From: Ginglymostoma cirratum | Taxonomy: Eukaryota | NCBI GenBank assembly: GCA_024137785.1 | Contig: JAHRHZ010000002.1 | Location: 10,953,263 to 11,017,262 of the forward strand | DNA length: 64,000 nt | Reading direction: 5' to 3' | Shown: positions 24,219-36,600 of the stretch, piece after piece | Numbering within the stretch: the first letter of the stretch is position 1 | Layout: each line of letters begins with the position of its first letter | Notes under the pieces: generated by a model | The model's database searches: none | What the model was told of the DNA's origin: nothing | Seen by the model: the letters and a program-made list of their open reading frames with translations, nothing else | Program-made: the position numbers and the translations under genes

Positions 24219-24391
24219 GTGGTTGCAGTAAATCTTAAGATAAATGAAACGAAAGAAGTTAAAGAAAACTTAAAACATTCTTGCGCAAAAAACATTAAGA
24301 AGGACCACTTCCGGCAGATTCTTACATCTGAAATATTTGTATTGATTCCTTAAAGAGAGAACGATGCATTGATGTGCTTGAAAAAGTGAAA
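24219..24391. promoter_or_regulatory. Candidate immune enhancer/promoter: RUNX-like, IRF/ISRE-like and ETS motifs
   Basis: gtggtt (24219), aaatgaaacgaaag (24242), ccacttccgg (24305), aaagtgaaa (24383), about 2.2 kb upstream of the NCR3-like ATG. Confidence 0.35.
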
Positions 24392-24494
24392 AAAATCTTG
24401 TTTCCCACATTACTTTTCCTCTTTGGATGTCTCCCTATAATCAATTTTAACCCTAATCCTACCTAACCTCATTTGGGAAAACATGCTTTAAGAC

Positions 24495-25870
24495 ATAGAG
24501 TCATAGAGATCGACAGCACAAAAGGCCCTTCAGCTCATTGAGTATGAACTGATCAAAAACATACACCTAACTATTCTAATCCTATTTTCCAGAATTTGGA
24601 CCATAACCTTGCATGCCTTTGCATTGCGAACTAATATCTAAATACTTGCAAATGTAAGGAGGATTTCTGCCTCCGCCATCCCGACAGGAAGTGACCTCCA
24701 CTTTCTCACCACCTTCTGGGTGAAAATAAATTTCCTCCTATTATCTCTGAACCTCCTATCCCTTGCATTATATACACAGAGAGAGAGAGAGAGACACACA
24801 CAGACACACACACACACGTACATCGGTAAAAACACATGTCAATCATACACCCTCTACCCTCTGCCATATCGTCCAGTGTCCAACAATGTAAGGAAAACAA
24901 CTATGGTTTGTCTAACATCGTTTCAGAAGTAAAATTTGCCAGCCCAGGCAACATCCTAGTAAATCTATTTTCTACTCACTCCAGTATAACCACTTTCCTC
25001 CTATAATATGGATTCCAGACCTGCACACGATACTCCAGCTGTGCTTTACAAGAAAGTTTCAACATAACTTCCTTGCTCTTAAGCTCAGTGCCTTGCCTCA
25101 TAAATGAAAGCATTCAATCGCCTTCTGAATCACTTTAGCTACCTGACGCACTACATTAAGGGATCGATGTACATACACACCAACGTACCTCTTGATACTC
25201 TGCTTCCCAAGGGTCTACCGTTGTTTATACAATCCCTTGCCCTGTTTGTCCTACCCAAGTGCATCAACTCACACCTATCTCGATTGAATTCCATTTTCCA
25301 CTGATTAGTCCACCTGAGCATATTCCTGTAATCTAAGGCTGTCCTCTTCATTATTTAACAGCCCCATAAATTTTTGTATGATCCATAAACTTACTCGCCA
25401 ACCCTCCAACATTCAAGTCTAAATGTTTATTTGTACCACAAACAGTAACGGCCCCAAAACCGATCACTGCAGAACCACACTCGAGACAGATTTCCAATCA
25501 CACGAAAACGGTCAACCATCACTCTCTGCTTCCTGCCACTCAGCCAATTCTAGATCCAACTTGCCAAATTTTCTTGGATCCCAAGTGCTCCTCGCTGTCA
25601 GTCACTCATGGGGGATCTTATCAAAAGCCTTGCGAAAGTCCAAGTAGATTATGTCAAATGTATTTTCCTCATCTGCACACCTTTTCAGCTCTTGGAAAAA
25701 TTCAATCAAGTTAGTCATGCATGACTTTCCCTTCGCAAAATCATGTTGTCTGTTCTTTATTAGTCCATGACTCCCCAAAAGCAGATTAATTTTGTATCTC
25801 ACAATTGCTTCCAATAGCTTCCCCATCACTGAGGTGAGGCTGAGACCACTAGCATGCAGTTTACTGGTTT
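24495..25870 (-). mobile_element. CR1-like LINE RT/3' fragment with embedded (GA)/(CA) microsatellite
   Basis: QHDFAKGKSCMTNLIEFF...DIIYLDFRKAFDKIPHE; WKMEFNRDRCELMHLGRTN. Confidence 0.9.
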
Positions 25871-26492
25871 ATCCCAGTCGGATAGAGGATGTAAAATAAT
25901 GATTGAAGTCGAGTGACAGTAGGTTTGTGATTCTGGAGCAAAACAGGCGGGCGTTCCATGTTCCATGTCAGAAGATTTCCTTGCACCGGTGGTTAAGATC
26001 AGAGGCAAGTCTCCTCGATTTTCTATTCTTTATTCCGAATCGACAGTAATAGCAGATTCTCCTGATCTTTTGGATATAGCTCTGGATGCAATTTCCTCAC
26101 TCATTCCTGGCAGGAAGATTAATTTCCGGTCTCACGATCTGGGTGCTCTTTGATAAGTCATTATTTCAAAGTGGTTGTTAATATGAAACAAATGCGTTGT
26201 AAAGACTCGAAGCTCTGAGGTCCCACGAGTGCACATTATTGCATGATTGTCATCATTGAGTTTCTTTAAATCTATATTTCAGAAACTGTCAAAGACGAAT
26301 GTACGAAAACCTCAAACCAGTGGAAACAAGCCATGCTGAACGGTCTCTGCACCAAGAGGTGAACAAAGAAGCTTTGATAATATTTTCCATTGTGTCACAT
26401 GCTGTCGGTGTCATCTTAAGAGTTGTAATGCTCTCTCACCAGTACCGTGTACAATCTGCATATAACACCATTCCATTCGCACAGCGGCAAAA

Positions 26493-26535
26493 ATGGGTTC
26501 CGGTGCTATGTTCTGCATTCTTAGTCTTGGCTTTG
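26493..26535 (+). CDS. Exon 1 (signal peptide) of NKp30/NCR3-like VJ-type Ig receptor gene
   Basis: gcaaaaATGG strong Kozak context. Encodes MGSGAMFCILSLGF+G and ends at G|GTAAGA (phase 1). Joins the V exon in frame to give MGSGAMFCILSLGFAVTA-ENINVLQ, a plausible cleavable leader. Confidence 0.75.
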
Positions 26536-27783
26536 GTAAGAAGTCTAATTAATACACTTATTGGAATTAAATGGAACTCCAGGCAAACGTTGAAATGTAT
26601 GAGGCTTGTATTTGCTGTGGCACGGAACATGTCATATTAGCAATTTATCACTGGGTATGTATTTACCTAGTTATGCTATTTTATTAAAGGTGGCTAGTGA
26701 GTGAACATCCAAGCGTTCATTAATTTACGGACGTGCATGTGTTCACAGATCAACTCCATTTGCCTTCACTAAATCTCTACTCTACAGCATACCCAAGCTG
26801 GGAGTAATGGGAAGTAATAAAAAGAATTATTTCGCTTCCTTTATTTCAGTTTCTGAACCAATAGTTCCCCACTGATGACAGCATGCATATAAGAAAAAGT
26901 ACCTCAGCAAAGATGTTGATGTCTGAATCTGTGGCACAGCGTGAGACTTCAAGTCAAGCCAAAAGACTTTCTGCTTTAAGTATTGAACTAAACAGCATGT
27001 CATGGGAAATGTCAAAAAACAAAATAGAGCAAGGTTTATCACAGATTTTTCAAAACGTCGTAAAATGTTTGCTAGGTTATGTGGGGCCGGGCGGGAACCA
27101 AAATCTCTTGATACAATTGGAAGCAAACAGGTGAGATATAGACTTGCTAGTTTTAAATCGGTTCTTTTACGGTCGTGATTTAGCACTAAAACGTGCCTTG
27201 AAAGTTGACATTTGGCTTAATTTCTGTCAATTACTTGCAGTTGACTTTGAAATCACGGGACTTCAAGAGCAATGATTAATGTTTTATATCAATTGAAAGA
27301 TTTTAATAACCTTGTAATTGGTGCGCTTTCATAATATATGACTGTAACATCAACTAAATCATCACGTCGTGAAAAATACGCTGTAGTTTTGGTTTTGCAA
27401 TGGAAGGATCGCACAGTACGCCATATACTTTTGAAATTCATTATTCAATGTTCGACAAAACTGAATAAGATCAAAGATTAATATCTTCAAAAGTGAATTA
27501 ACTCAATGGCGCGATTATCCTCCATCATCTTCATCAAAGTAATTTCATCTGATTTATAAATCTATCACAAAATGGTAAAGTCGTTGAATCAAATTTCCTA
27601 TAGTGGAAGAGCTAAACACTTCATTTTGGTGTGTCAATGTCTGCACAATCTTTGGACAAATACACGAGACTGCTCCGTCGTTTGAATTCCAATAATTGAT
27701 TTTAGCAAGAATATTTCACGCAGACACCTCAATGTGGGATAAATGTCTGATTTCAGTATGAAACGTTGTTTGTTCTTTTACAG

Positions 27784-28122
27784 CAGTGACTGCTGAGAAC
27801 ATCAATGTTCTTCAAAGCCCGGCATTTGTTAATGTAACCGAGGGGGCGACGGCCGCTATGCACTGTGCTTACGAAGGATCTGATGGACCGAGTGTCTTCA
27901 AGTGGTTCAGGAACAGTACAGGCGGAGCCGAACTTTGTAACAGCACAGCACAATACAGAGGCCGGGTCATTGGGCCAAACAGGGAGAAAATCGACGAAAG
28001 GACGGGCGCCTGGATTCAACTAACAAAGGTGACATTGAACGATGAGGCGACCTATTATTGCAAAGTGGAATTTGTCTCAAGCAGTGAACATTATGGACAA
28101 GGAACAACACTTTTTGTTACAG
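27784..28122 (+). CDS. Exon 2: single-exon VJ-type Ig V domain, natural cytotoxicity triggering receptor 3 (NKp30)-like
   Basis: Pyrimidine tract + CAG acceptor (tandem CAGCAG), AG|GTGAGC donor, phase 1-1. Has B-strand Cys (AAMHC), C-strand Trp (FKWFR), NSTAQYRGRV, DEATYYC and J-like G strand YGQGTTLFVT. No RSS seen. Family assignment is from motif recognition, not a search. Confidence 0.9.
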
Positions 28123-28399
28123 GTGAGCTTGCCACACGCTGCTACTTTTAACAATGAAGTAGCAAAATTGTATAATTGAGGAGTCTTTTCGTTCACACTC
28201 CCTCTCAGATGTCAATCTTACACTAGCAGAGGTCCTACAGACCCAACTTCGCAAATTAAGGCATTAGAAAACCAGATATTACAAACGCTGAGATGTACTT
28301 CGCTAATTTATCCCACCATATTTCTTGAATGTTGTCTCACAACTCGAATAATTATTTTGATTCTATCTTCGACATAGAGGCTACAAGGAACATTGCACC

Positions 28400-29400
28400 A
28401 ACAGCTGTAGATTAGGAAGTGGGAAAGAAAGAGACGCGTTTGAAGTTACAATCACCAGGGAAGCGAGCTGACACGTCCCCAGGTCCTGATCGAACTCTCA
28501 TGCCTTCTTAAAAGAAATGGCCACATATCCCATAAATACATTGGTGCTAACTTTCCAAAGTTCGCTGGATTCTGGGAAGTTTACAACAGGCAAGAATGTG
28601 ACAAATCGATTCAAGAGGGAGGGAAGCAGAAATCCCCAAGTTAAAAACCAGTACACAAGTCGCATGTCGCCAGTAATCGATCAGCAATCTGAGTTTTAGT
28701 TGATAATGTAGCAAATCTGAAAATCGTTAGGAAGTATCAGAGTGGTGTTTTAGAAAAGTAATGATGTTCAACAGTTTACCAGAGTTCTATGGACGTACTG
28801 CGCTTGGACTTCCAAAAGACATTTGCAAGGTACCATGTTCTTTCAGAAAATATGTCAGGGGTACATTATTAGTACGGATAGATAGACATCAGCTGTCTGG
28901 CTGGTAGAAAGCGGAGAGTATGTGTGAATAATTCCGTTTTGTTTGGTAAGCTGTGACGACTGGCGTCCAACAAATGTCTGTTCTGGGGCCTATCTTTTTG
29001 CAAAGTATATCAATGACATGAATGAACCGACCGAAAACAAACGTTGATGTTAACAGATTACTCAGAAATCTGGCAGATGGAGTTCAATGAGGGAAAATGT
29101 GAATACAACAGTCAGCGTCTTACCTAAATGGCAAACAAATGTAGGATACAGAGGTGGAAATAAATCTAGTGCAAAAATCACATGAGTTCGCGTGCAGGAC
29201 AGAAAGCAACTAAAACAGAGATGGTTGAAGAAACTCAATAGTCTGGCAGCATCTGCGAGAAAGAAACAGAGTTAACGTTTGGAGTCCACTGACCCTTCTT
29301 CAGAAATTAATTCAGTTGACCAATGCAATGCCATCTTTTAATGCCATATGATTGATAATAAAAGTAAGTACGTTATGCATCAGTTGTATTTGTGATATCA
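28400..29400 (+). mobile_element. Highly degenerate CR1-like RT fragment in intron 2
   Basis: ttggacttccaaaagacattt (LDFQKxF) and tggcagatggagttcaat (WQMEFN) remnants. Confidence 0.7.
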
Positions 29401-30123
29401 CATCATTAATATTGTATAAACTCTCCTTCCAATTGCAATTTAAAATAACTAAAAACCCCGGAAGTACAATACATATCTAATATGCCAACGGCATGCGGGG
29501 AATTAGAATTGTAAACCATCTCGCCTTCAGGTTTAATCTGAGGTCAGAGGATACATAGATTTGAAACGACCTGATTCGATTCTTCCACGGTATCAATCCT
29601 GTCACTTTCATGAATTTAGCATCTGATTGCATGTTGAATTAATCCAATACCCAAGCTCTCTGACCATTCCAGCCAAGCCCTTCCTTGAGGCGTGCGTGCG
29701 CTCTGCAGGAATAAGTGGTCGCCGGTGTCTGTTTTAAACAGATTTCACTGCACAGAATGTGTGTCTGTCAAATGTTCGCTTGGCCAGTCCTTTGAAAATT
29801 GATAACATCGCCAAACGGCGCCAAGGCCTGCTCCGTTAAAGTCAATGGAAGAAATAGAGAGTCATCGTGGTCTGTTTGTTCCTGACCAGTTCTAGGTAAA
29901 TTCACTGAACAACGAGAGCGTGACGTCGGTATGGATCCAACCTTGTCCGAAATATTTCCTATCCGCATCAGGGCGGCCTTGTGCTACTCCGTTTTGGTTT
30001 ATAGAAAACTAATCGTTTAAAGGCTAGTATTAAGAGTCAAAAGTTGGATAAAGGGAACACGTTTCTTGAAGCAAAATGGAATCTGAGAATATCAATTTAA
30101 ATTAAATTGCATGGCGGGAAATG

Positions 30124-30480
30124 GGAGAGGAGAGGCAATGGTCTCATGGTATTATCGATACACTGTTAATTCTGAGAATCAGCTAAAGTTCTGAGGATCC
30201 GGTTTTAAATCCTGCAATGGCATTTGGTGGAATTTGAATTCAATACAGAATTAACGGTCTAAGGTTTTGTTATCAATCATGAATCCATTGTTGATCGTTG
30301 GAAAAACCCATCTGGTTAGTTAATTTCCTTTAAGGAAGGAAATCTGCCATCTTTACCTGGTCTGGCCTACAGGTGACTCCAGACCCACAGCACGTGGTGG
30401 ACTCTTAACTGTCCTCTGGGCAATTAGGGATGGGCGATAAATGCTGGTCTAGCGAGACACGTACATATCCTGTGAGCAAT
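30124..30480 (+). mobile_element. DeuSINE/SacSINE1-like SINE
   Basis: tRNA-like head, ggtggaatttgaattcaat, ggaaatctgccatc...tggtctggcctac...gactccagacccacagca. Relatives at 33700-33985 (-), 46988-47270 (+), 39215-39350 (-) and 1285-1430. Confidence 0.65.
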
Positions 30481-30893
30481 TTTTTTTAATGCATTCTGTT
30501 CGCTGGAATACTTCCCAGTAATCTGCCTGTGCTAACTAGCAATGCAGTCAGTTTAGAAGAATTCAAAACTAAGGAGCATAACACTCAGGTGAGAGGTGAA
30601 AGACTTAAAAGGGACCTGGAGGGCAACTTTTTCACACAGTTCGTATGTGGAATTTCCTGCCAGAGGAAGTGGTAGGTTACAGTAACAACATTTAAAAGAC
30701 ATTTGGACAGGTACATGAATAGAAAAGGTTTAGAGGGATATGGGCCAAATGCAAATAAGTCACTCTCGTCTAATTTGGGAAAGTTGGTTGACATGGGCGA
30801 GTTGGACCAAAGGGTCTGTTACCGTGCTGTCTGACTCTATGAGAGCAGGCTAGGGCAAAAAGAAGATCAATGACATTTGTTTCCTTCCGGCAG

Positions 30894-31025
30894 CGAGGAG
30901 CAGAAATCATACATCGATCATTTCCAAGGGTAGACGGACAGCCCTGGTTGTAACAACGGTGGGATTCCTACTGACCGCACTCTCAGTGGTAACTATTGTC
31001 ATCTCATGCCGAAACGAAGCGAAAG
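30894..31025 (+). CDS. Exon 3: stalk + transmembrane segment of the NCR3-like gene
   Basis: tttccttccggcag| acceptor, phase 1. Encodes (A)RSRNHTSIISKGRRTALVVTTVGFLLTALSVVTIVISCRNEAK with a roughly 23-residue hydrophobic stretch. Donor AAAG|GTGCAC is weak. Confidence 0.8.
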
Positions 31026-31140
31026 GTGCACATCGCTTCATTGTATAATCTCAACCCTTCCATATTGCTAGTCATGTCGCGGACATTCTAATGTATTTGT
31101 GCTCGGACTGTATGTTAAGTTATATATTTGGAATGCCCAG

Positions 31141-31213
31141 CTCTCCGACGGCGGAATCAACAACAATTACAGATCAGGAACGTAAAGGGACCGTTTTCCT
31201 CGTCTTCAGGCAG
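31141..31213 (+). CDS. Exon 4: membrane-proximal cytoplasmic exon of the NCR3-like gene
   Basis: cccag| acceptor after a 115-nt intron, phase 1. Encodes (A)LRRRNQQQLQIRNVKGPFSSSSG, a basic stop-transfer-like segment. Ends AG|GTTTGT (phase 2), matching exon 5. Confidence 0.6.
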
Positions 31214-32464
31214 GTTTGTTTTGAATCGATGGCAACGTTTAAAGCCTGGAATACGTTCAGTGTTTCAGAAAGGGAAGAGAAATTGGGGGAAACACAGAAA
31301 CGTAGCAAATGGGAGTAAGAGTAGGCCACTCATCATCACGCTGCATAGGTCAATGCAATCGTGGTTAATTCTCTACCCCAGCGCCTCACACGCTTTTTCC
31401 CCACCCAGTAAGTGAAGATTATTGTTCCCCTCAGTTTTAGCCTTATAGGTCCTATTCTGTAAACTGAGACTGCGAAACCTTTTTCCAGGCACCACTGTTG
31501 TTCCTGTTTGAAAAAAAAATTCTTTTTCTCACAGTTTTGGGTACCATTTCGAATTCTTAACTCCAACCAACAACGAAAGCTATCCCTGACTACTCGCCAC
31601 AATACAGCTACATGTTTCCGTCCCTGCTGACTTAATTGTACCCGTACCCATTTCTGATGGGTTTTTTTTCTCCTCCCTACACATCGTACAGAGAAATTTC
31701 ACAGACGACCATTGAGCAGAATTGAGGATCGGGTATATAGCATCCCAGAATAACTGAGCTTGTTTGCATCTCTTCAGCACTGTGATACCTGTTGGCTTCG
31801 TTGATGTCTATAACCCGCAAAACCAAAATGATTCCTGGAGTGTTCACCCATTTAATAGCAGGGAGCAGATGTAAAACCCGCAAGCAAGTAGATAATAACT
31901 ACAAACTCACCTGGTGATTGAAATGCAAGACAGTTCTGAACATCATACCTCATTTTAATGTTCCTTTACGAATATTTCTCGTGAATCATTCATTGGACGG
32001 TCCAGGCTAGCATTTATTGCCCACTCGTACTTGCCCTTGAGCAGTTGGTGGTGAGCTACATTCTGGAACTGCTGCAGTTATCGGGGTAGAGTCAGAACCA
32101 TACAGTAGAGAGGAGGTGTTTGGAACCCAACAAGACTCCGTTGTCAAAAACTACTCCAAATACACACAAGTCCCACTTTCCAACACTTGGCTCATGAATG
32201 TTATGACATTTCAAGTGCTTATCCAAATACTTCCTGACTTAATTGTACCTGTACCCTGCGTATCACAGCAAATTTGTAACTCAATATTCCAATCACATCA
32301 ACTCTCCATCCCAACTTGGCAAACGTTTTACGATTAATCTGTTACTACAAGAATAAAACTACAACATGTATGGATAGAATACATATCCATGTATGTATTG
32401 TATGGTTCTGACTCTACCCCGGTAACTGCAGCAGTTCCAGAATGTAGTGCACCACCAACTGGTC

Positions 32465-33600
32465 AACAGGTTTCCTGCCTCAACTGCCCTGCCAGGTAGT
32501 GCGCTCCAGATTTCTAACACCCCCAAGATGAATTTTGTTTTCCTCAACTCTCACCTAAGTTCTTTTTACCTTAAAATTACAACCCTTTATAGCTAACCTT
32601 TCAAATAAAGAGAACAGTTGCTTTCTATCTATCCCGTCCATGTGCCTGATCATTTTTTTACCCATCAATAATGCCCTCTCTTAGCCTTCGCTGCTGCGCT
32701 GAAAACAACCCAAGCTTATTCAGCCTCCATTCATAGCTAAACCACTCCACTTCAGGCAACATTTTTGTGGCTCTCCTCTGCATACCCTCCAGCACATTGA
32801 CATGCTTCCTTTAGTGACACAGAAACGTAACGGGTTCAACATATCTTCTCTGCTTTTATAATCTATGCCACGCCTGATAAAGACTAAAGTCCTTTATGTT
32901 TTCTGAACTATTAAAATCCTATCACCTCCAGGGATCTGTAGACAAGCACTCTAAGATCCCTCAATTCACCTGAGCTTCCTAGTGTCCTGCCATTCATTAC
33001 ATACTCTTTGTCTTTTTATTTCTCTGAACTGCACCAGCTCACATTTATGAAGGTTAAATTCCATCTGACATCAATCTGTCCATATGACCAATCTTTCTAT
33101 ATCCTCCCGCAAACGAGGACTTTCTTCCTCACTGTCGACCACCTGGTTAACCTTTGTGTCGTCCGTAAACTTAGTTATCATCCGTCCCCACCCTCACATA
33201 TTTGCTTCCATATCATTTGTGTATATCACAAGCAATAAAGAACTAAGTAATGACCTCTTTGGTACACCACTGAACGCAGGCCTCCAATCATACAAGTAGA
33301 TTTCCAGCACGACCTTCTATCCCCGAACAGCAAGCCAATTTTGGATCCGCCCTTGTCAAGTTACCCTGGATGCCATGGGGCTACGCGTTTTTTTTAATCA
33401 GTCTTTCCTGTGGAACCTTGCCAAAGGCCTTGCTGAAATCGATATAATTGCCACCAACAATACTATCCCTGTCAATTTTTTTTTAGGCATGACCTCTCTA
33501 AAGTCCACGATGACAATCCCAAATCAAACTTTGCCTCTCCAAATGGAAATTAAATTTCTCCTTCAGAATTTTATTCAACAGGCTCCTTGCCACTGATGTT
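32465..33600 (-). mobile_element. Degenerate CR1-like LINE fragment (paralog at 1-290)
   Basis: tgtggaaccttgccaaaggccttgctgaaatc (reverse of DFSKAFxKVPH) and CR1 3' region remnants. Confidence 0.75.
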
Positions 33601-36600
33601 TGAGTGGTAAGAGGCAGTCATGGAGTTAGTTCCAGAAATTTGACCCAACATCATGTATAATTAACATAATTCTCCCACTTTTAATCATTCATACATAAGG
33701 GGCATCGCTGGCTATGCAGCTTTTTTTTCCAGGGGGCGGTTAAGTGTCAGTCAAATTGTTGTGGGTCTGGACTCAAATGTAGGGATGGCAGTTTCCTTCC
33801 CTAAAGGACGTTAGTGAACCAGGTAGGTTTTTTTAAGCCAACAATCGGCAAGGGATTCACGGACAAGATTAATTACAGATATTTATTGAATTCAAATGCC
33901 ACCATTGAAGCCAAGTCCCCAGAATGTTAACTGGGTCTCTGGATTAACAGTCCAGTGATAATACCACTAGACTATCACCTCCCCATCATTATCACTCTGT
34001 GCCAATATTCAACTCTGTCAAAAAGTCTCAATAACCTGATCAACATCTTCAATTGTTAAAATGGTTTCCTTACAAACCATGTCTTTACCGTTGGGATAGC
34101 TCGCATAGTTCATTATCTTCTGAATCATTTCAATCTTGCTGCAAATCACTGTCTTTTCATCTCACGCAGTAAGTTGGGTGGCGTGGTGACTCAGTGGTTA
34201 GTATTGCCGTCTCACAGAACACGTGTCTGCGTGGATTTCCTCCCACAGTCCAAAATTGTGCAGGTTAGCGGGATTGGCTGTGCTAAATTGTCCATTGTGC
34301 CCAGGGATGCGCAGGCTAGGTGGATTAGCATGGTAAATGCAGGGTTACAGGGGTAGAGTGGATGTTTTTCAGGAAGTCAGTGTGCACTCGATGGGCCAAA
34401 CGGCCTGCTTCCACACTGTCGAGATCCTACGAATTAATTGCACCTTTTGTTTTTATTGCGTTCATTTGAAAAGCTAACTATTCCGTTATGTTCTACAATC
34501 CGGAAGTAAGCCCTAATATTTACCTTGATTTTTCTTTTCGTCTTCAAGCTACTTTATGATCTAAAGAATGACCTTGTAATAAATTACACCTTCTTACAAT
34601 TTAGGAAGCAACGTACAGTAACTATTTACAGTAACACTAATTATAGTTCCGAGGACTCAGACAGTGAACCCCCAACTTCGGATTCTGTGGTCAATAGAGC
34701 GCTATAAGATTCTAACTAAGTTAATATATTTCACGTCTTCAGGATTGTAACTGAGTTTAGTTAATTGTACTATTATCGTGCTTGTCAACAATTCCTCAAC
34801 TGTAGGGTGTCGATTCTTGACTAAAAACGCTGACTAAGAACAATTTGCAGAGGAAACAGAAAAGAGATGCACCTACTCTGTGAATATACCGAAAGCATAA
34901 ATATGTATTTATAACTCATGGTCCTTCAGTCTATCCATCTATCCTTCATAACATTAATGCTAATAATATAAACCACTCTGAAAAATTCATCAGAATCATT
35001 ACATGGAATGTTCAAAACCGTTATTGTTCCTTAATATGTTATGATGACCCTAAGACACCAAATTACTAAACTACCCATGATGTATTCTTCAATTTAGTTG
35101 TGTCCACGTTGTTAACCATTTTTGTCCACTTGGTATATTTAGTGGTGGATTCTATTTATCTTCAACCAGGGAAATGGAGAAGATAAAGTGCAATATTATG
35201 CGCTGCACTTTTTAAAAAATGAGCGAAGATCCGAAGAGAAAGACAAGGTGGCATGCAATTTGTTGAAAGATTTATATTAATGTTGATTACCTTGATATCA
35301 CTGAATTATATATGACTATGAGCAATATGGAAACATTTAATTCAAACTTTGTATGGTCCTCGGTCTATCCACCTATCCTTCATAACATTAATGCTAATAG
35401 TATGGCTGGCCAGAATTTTGCGCCCATCCCAGTTACCCTTGAGAAGGTGGTGGTGAGCTGCATTCTTGAACCGCTGCAGTCCACCTGCTATAGGTTGACC
35501 CGCAATGCCATCAGGGAGGGAATTCTAGGATTTTGATCCAGTGAAGCGAAGGGATGGAGATATATTTCAAAGCCATTATCTTTTATATTGATGTGTTGGG
35601 CTTGCCCATCATTGAGGATGGAAAAAGTTTTGAAGCCTCCTTCCGTTGTGAGTTATTTGTGCTCCAACGCTCATGATTGGATGTAGCAGGACCGCAGATC
35701 ATAGGTCTGATCCCTTTGTTGTTCAGTCACTCAGCTCTGTCCATCCCTTGTTTCTTGCGCTGTCTGCCATAAAAGTAATCATGTTTTGTAGCTTCACCGG
35801 ATTGAAACCTCATTTTAGCTATACCTGCTTCTGATCGAGGCATCTACTCCTGCATTCCTCATTGAATCAGGACTGATCCCTGACAGTTTGGTAATGCTGG
35901 AGAAGTTGATATTCCAGGCCGTGAAGGGCACATTGCATTTGAATACAATTTTGCTGCGGGTGATGGTCTGTAAGGTCCCAGAGAGACTGAGTCCTGAGTT
36001 GCTTGATCTGATCGATGTGTATTACATTTAGCACGGCAATAGTACCAAACAAAATGATGCATGCGCTCAGTGTGAAGTTGAGATTTTGGTTCGAATAAGG
36101 ACCATGAGGTCATCACTTTTACTTCTACAGTCATGGACAGGTGCATCCGCAGCAGGCAGATATGTGAAGATGAGGTCAAGAATATCTTCACACCCTTTCC
36201 TTTGTTCCCTCGCCACCTGCTGCAGACCCAGTTAGCGAACATGCCCTTTCAGACTCGATCAGCTTGGTCAATAATGTTTCTGTCGAGCCAATCCTGGTCA
36301 TTCACTTTGAATACCGCGACCACAGAGTACATTTTGTGCTCCTGACATCTTTAGAACTTCCTACCAGTGGTATACAGCATTTATGAGTATAGAATAGTCA
36401 GCCAAGGGAGTGAGCAACGAAGTTGTCAGCAGATTTCATTCTCCATGTTTCCAAATACAACCACCATTTTACTCGATGGTTTGCGAATTAATGGGGGTGT
36501 CAATGATAAGAACGCCTATGGAAACTTCATACTGTCTGTATGCCTCTGAACAACCACCTCTGCTGGGTCTGTCTGCCGTTGGGATAGAACCTCATTAAGA

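Noticed and set aside
26850-27130. Candidate extra exon in intron 1 (good acceptor and donor; 83-aa ORF at 26883)
   Set aside because: The frame continuing the leader hits TGA after a few codons and the ORF has no recognisable motif; at most a cryptic exon.
27784-28160. Possible rearranging TCR/Ig V segment
   Set aside because: The J-like strand is in the same exon and is followed directly by a splice donor; no heptamer/nonamer and no C-domain exon seen.
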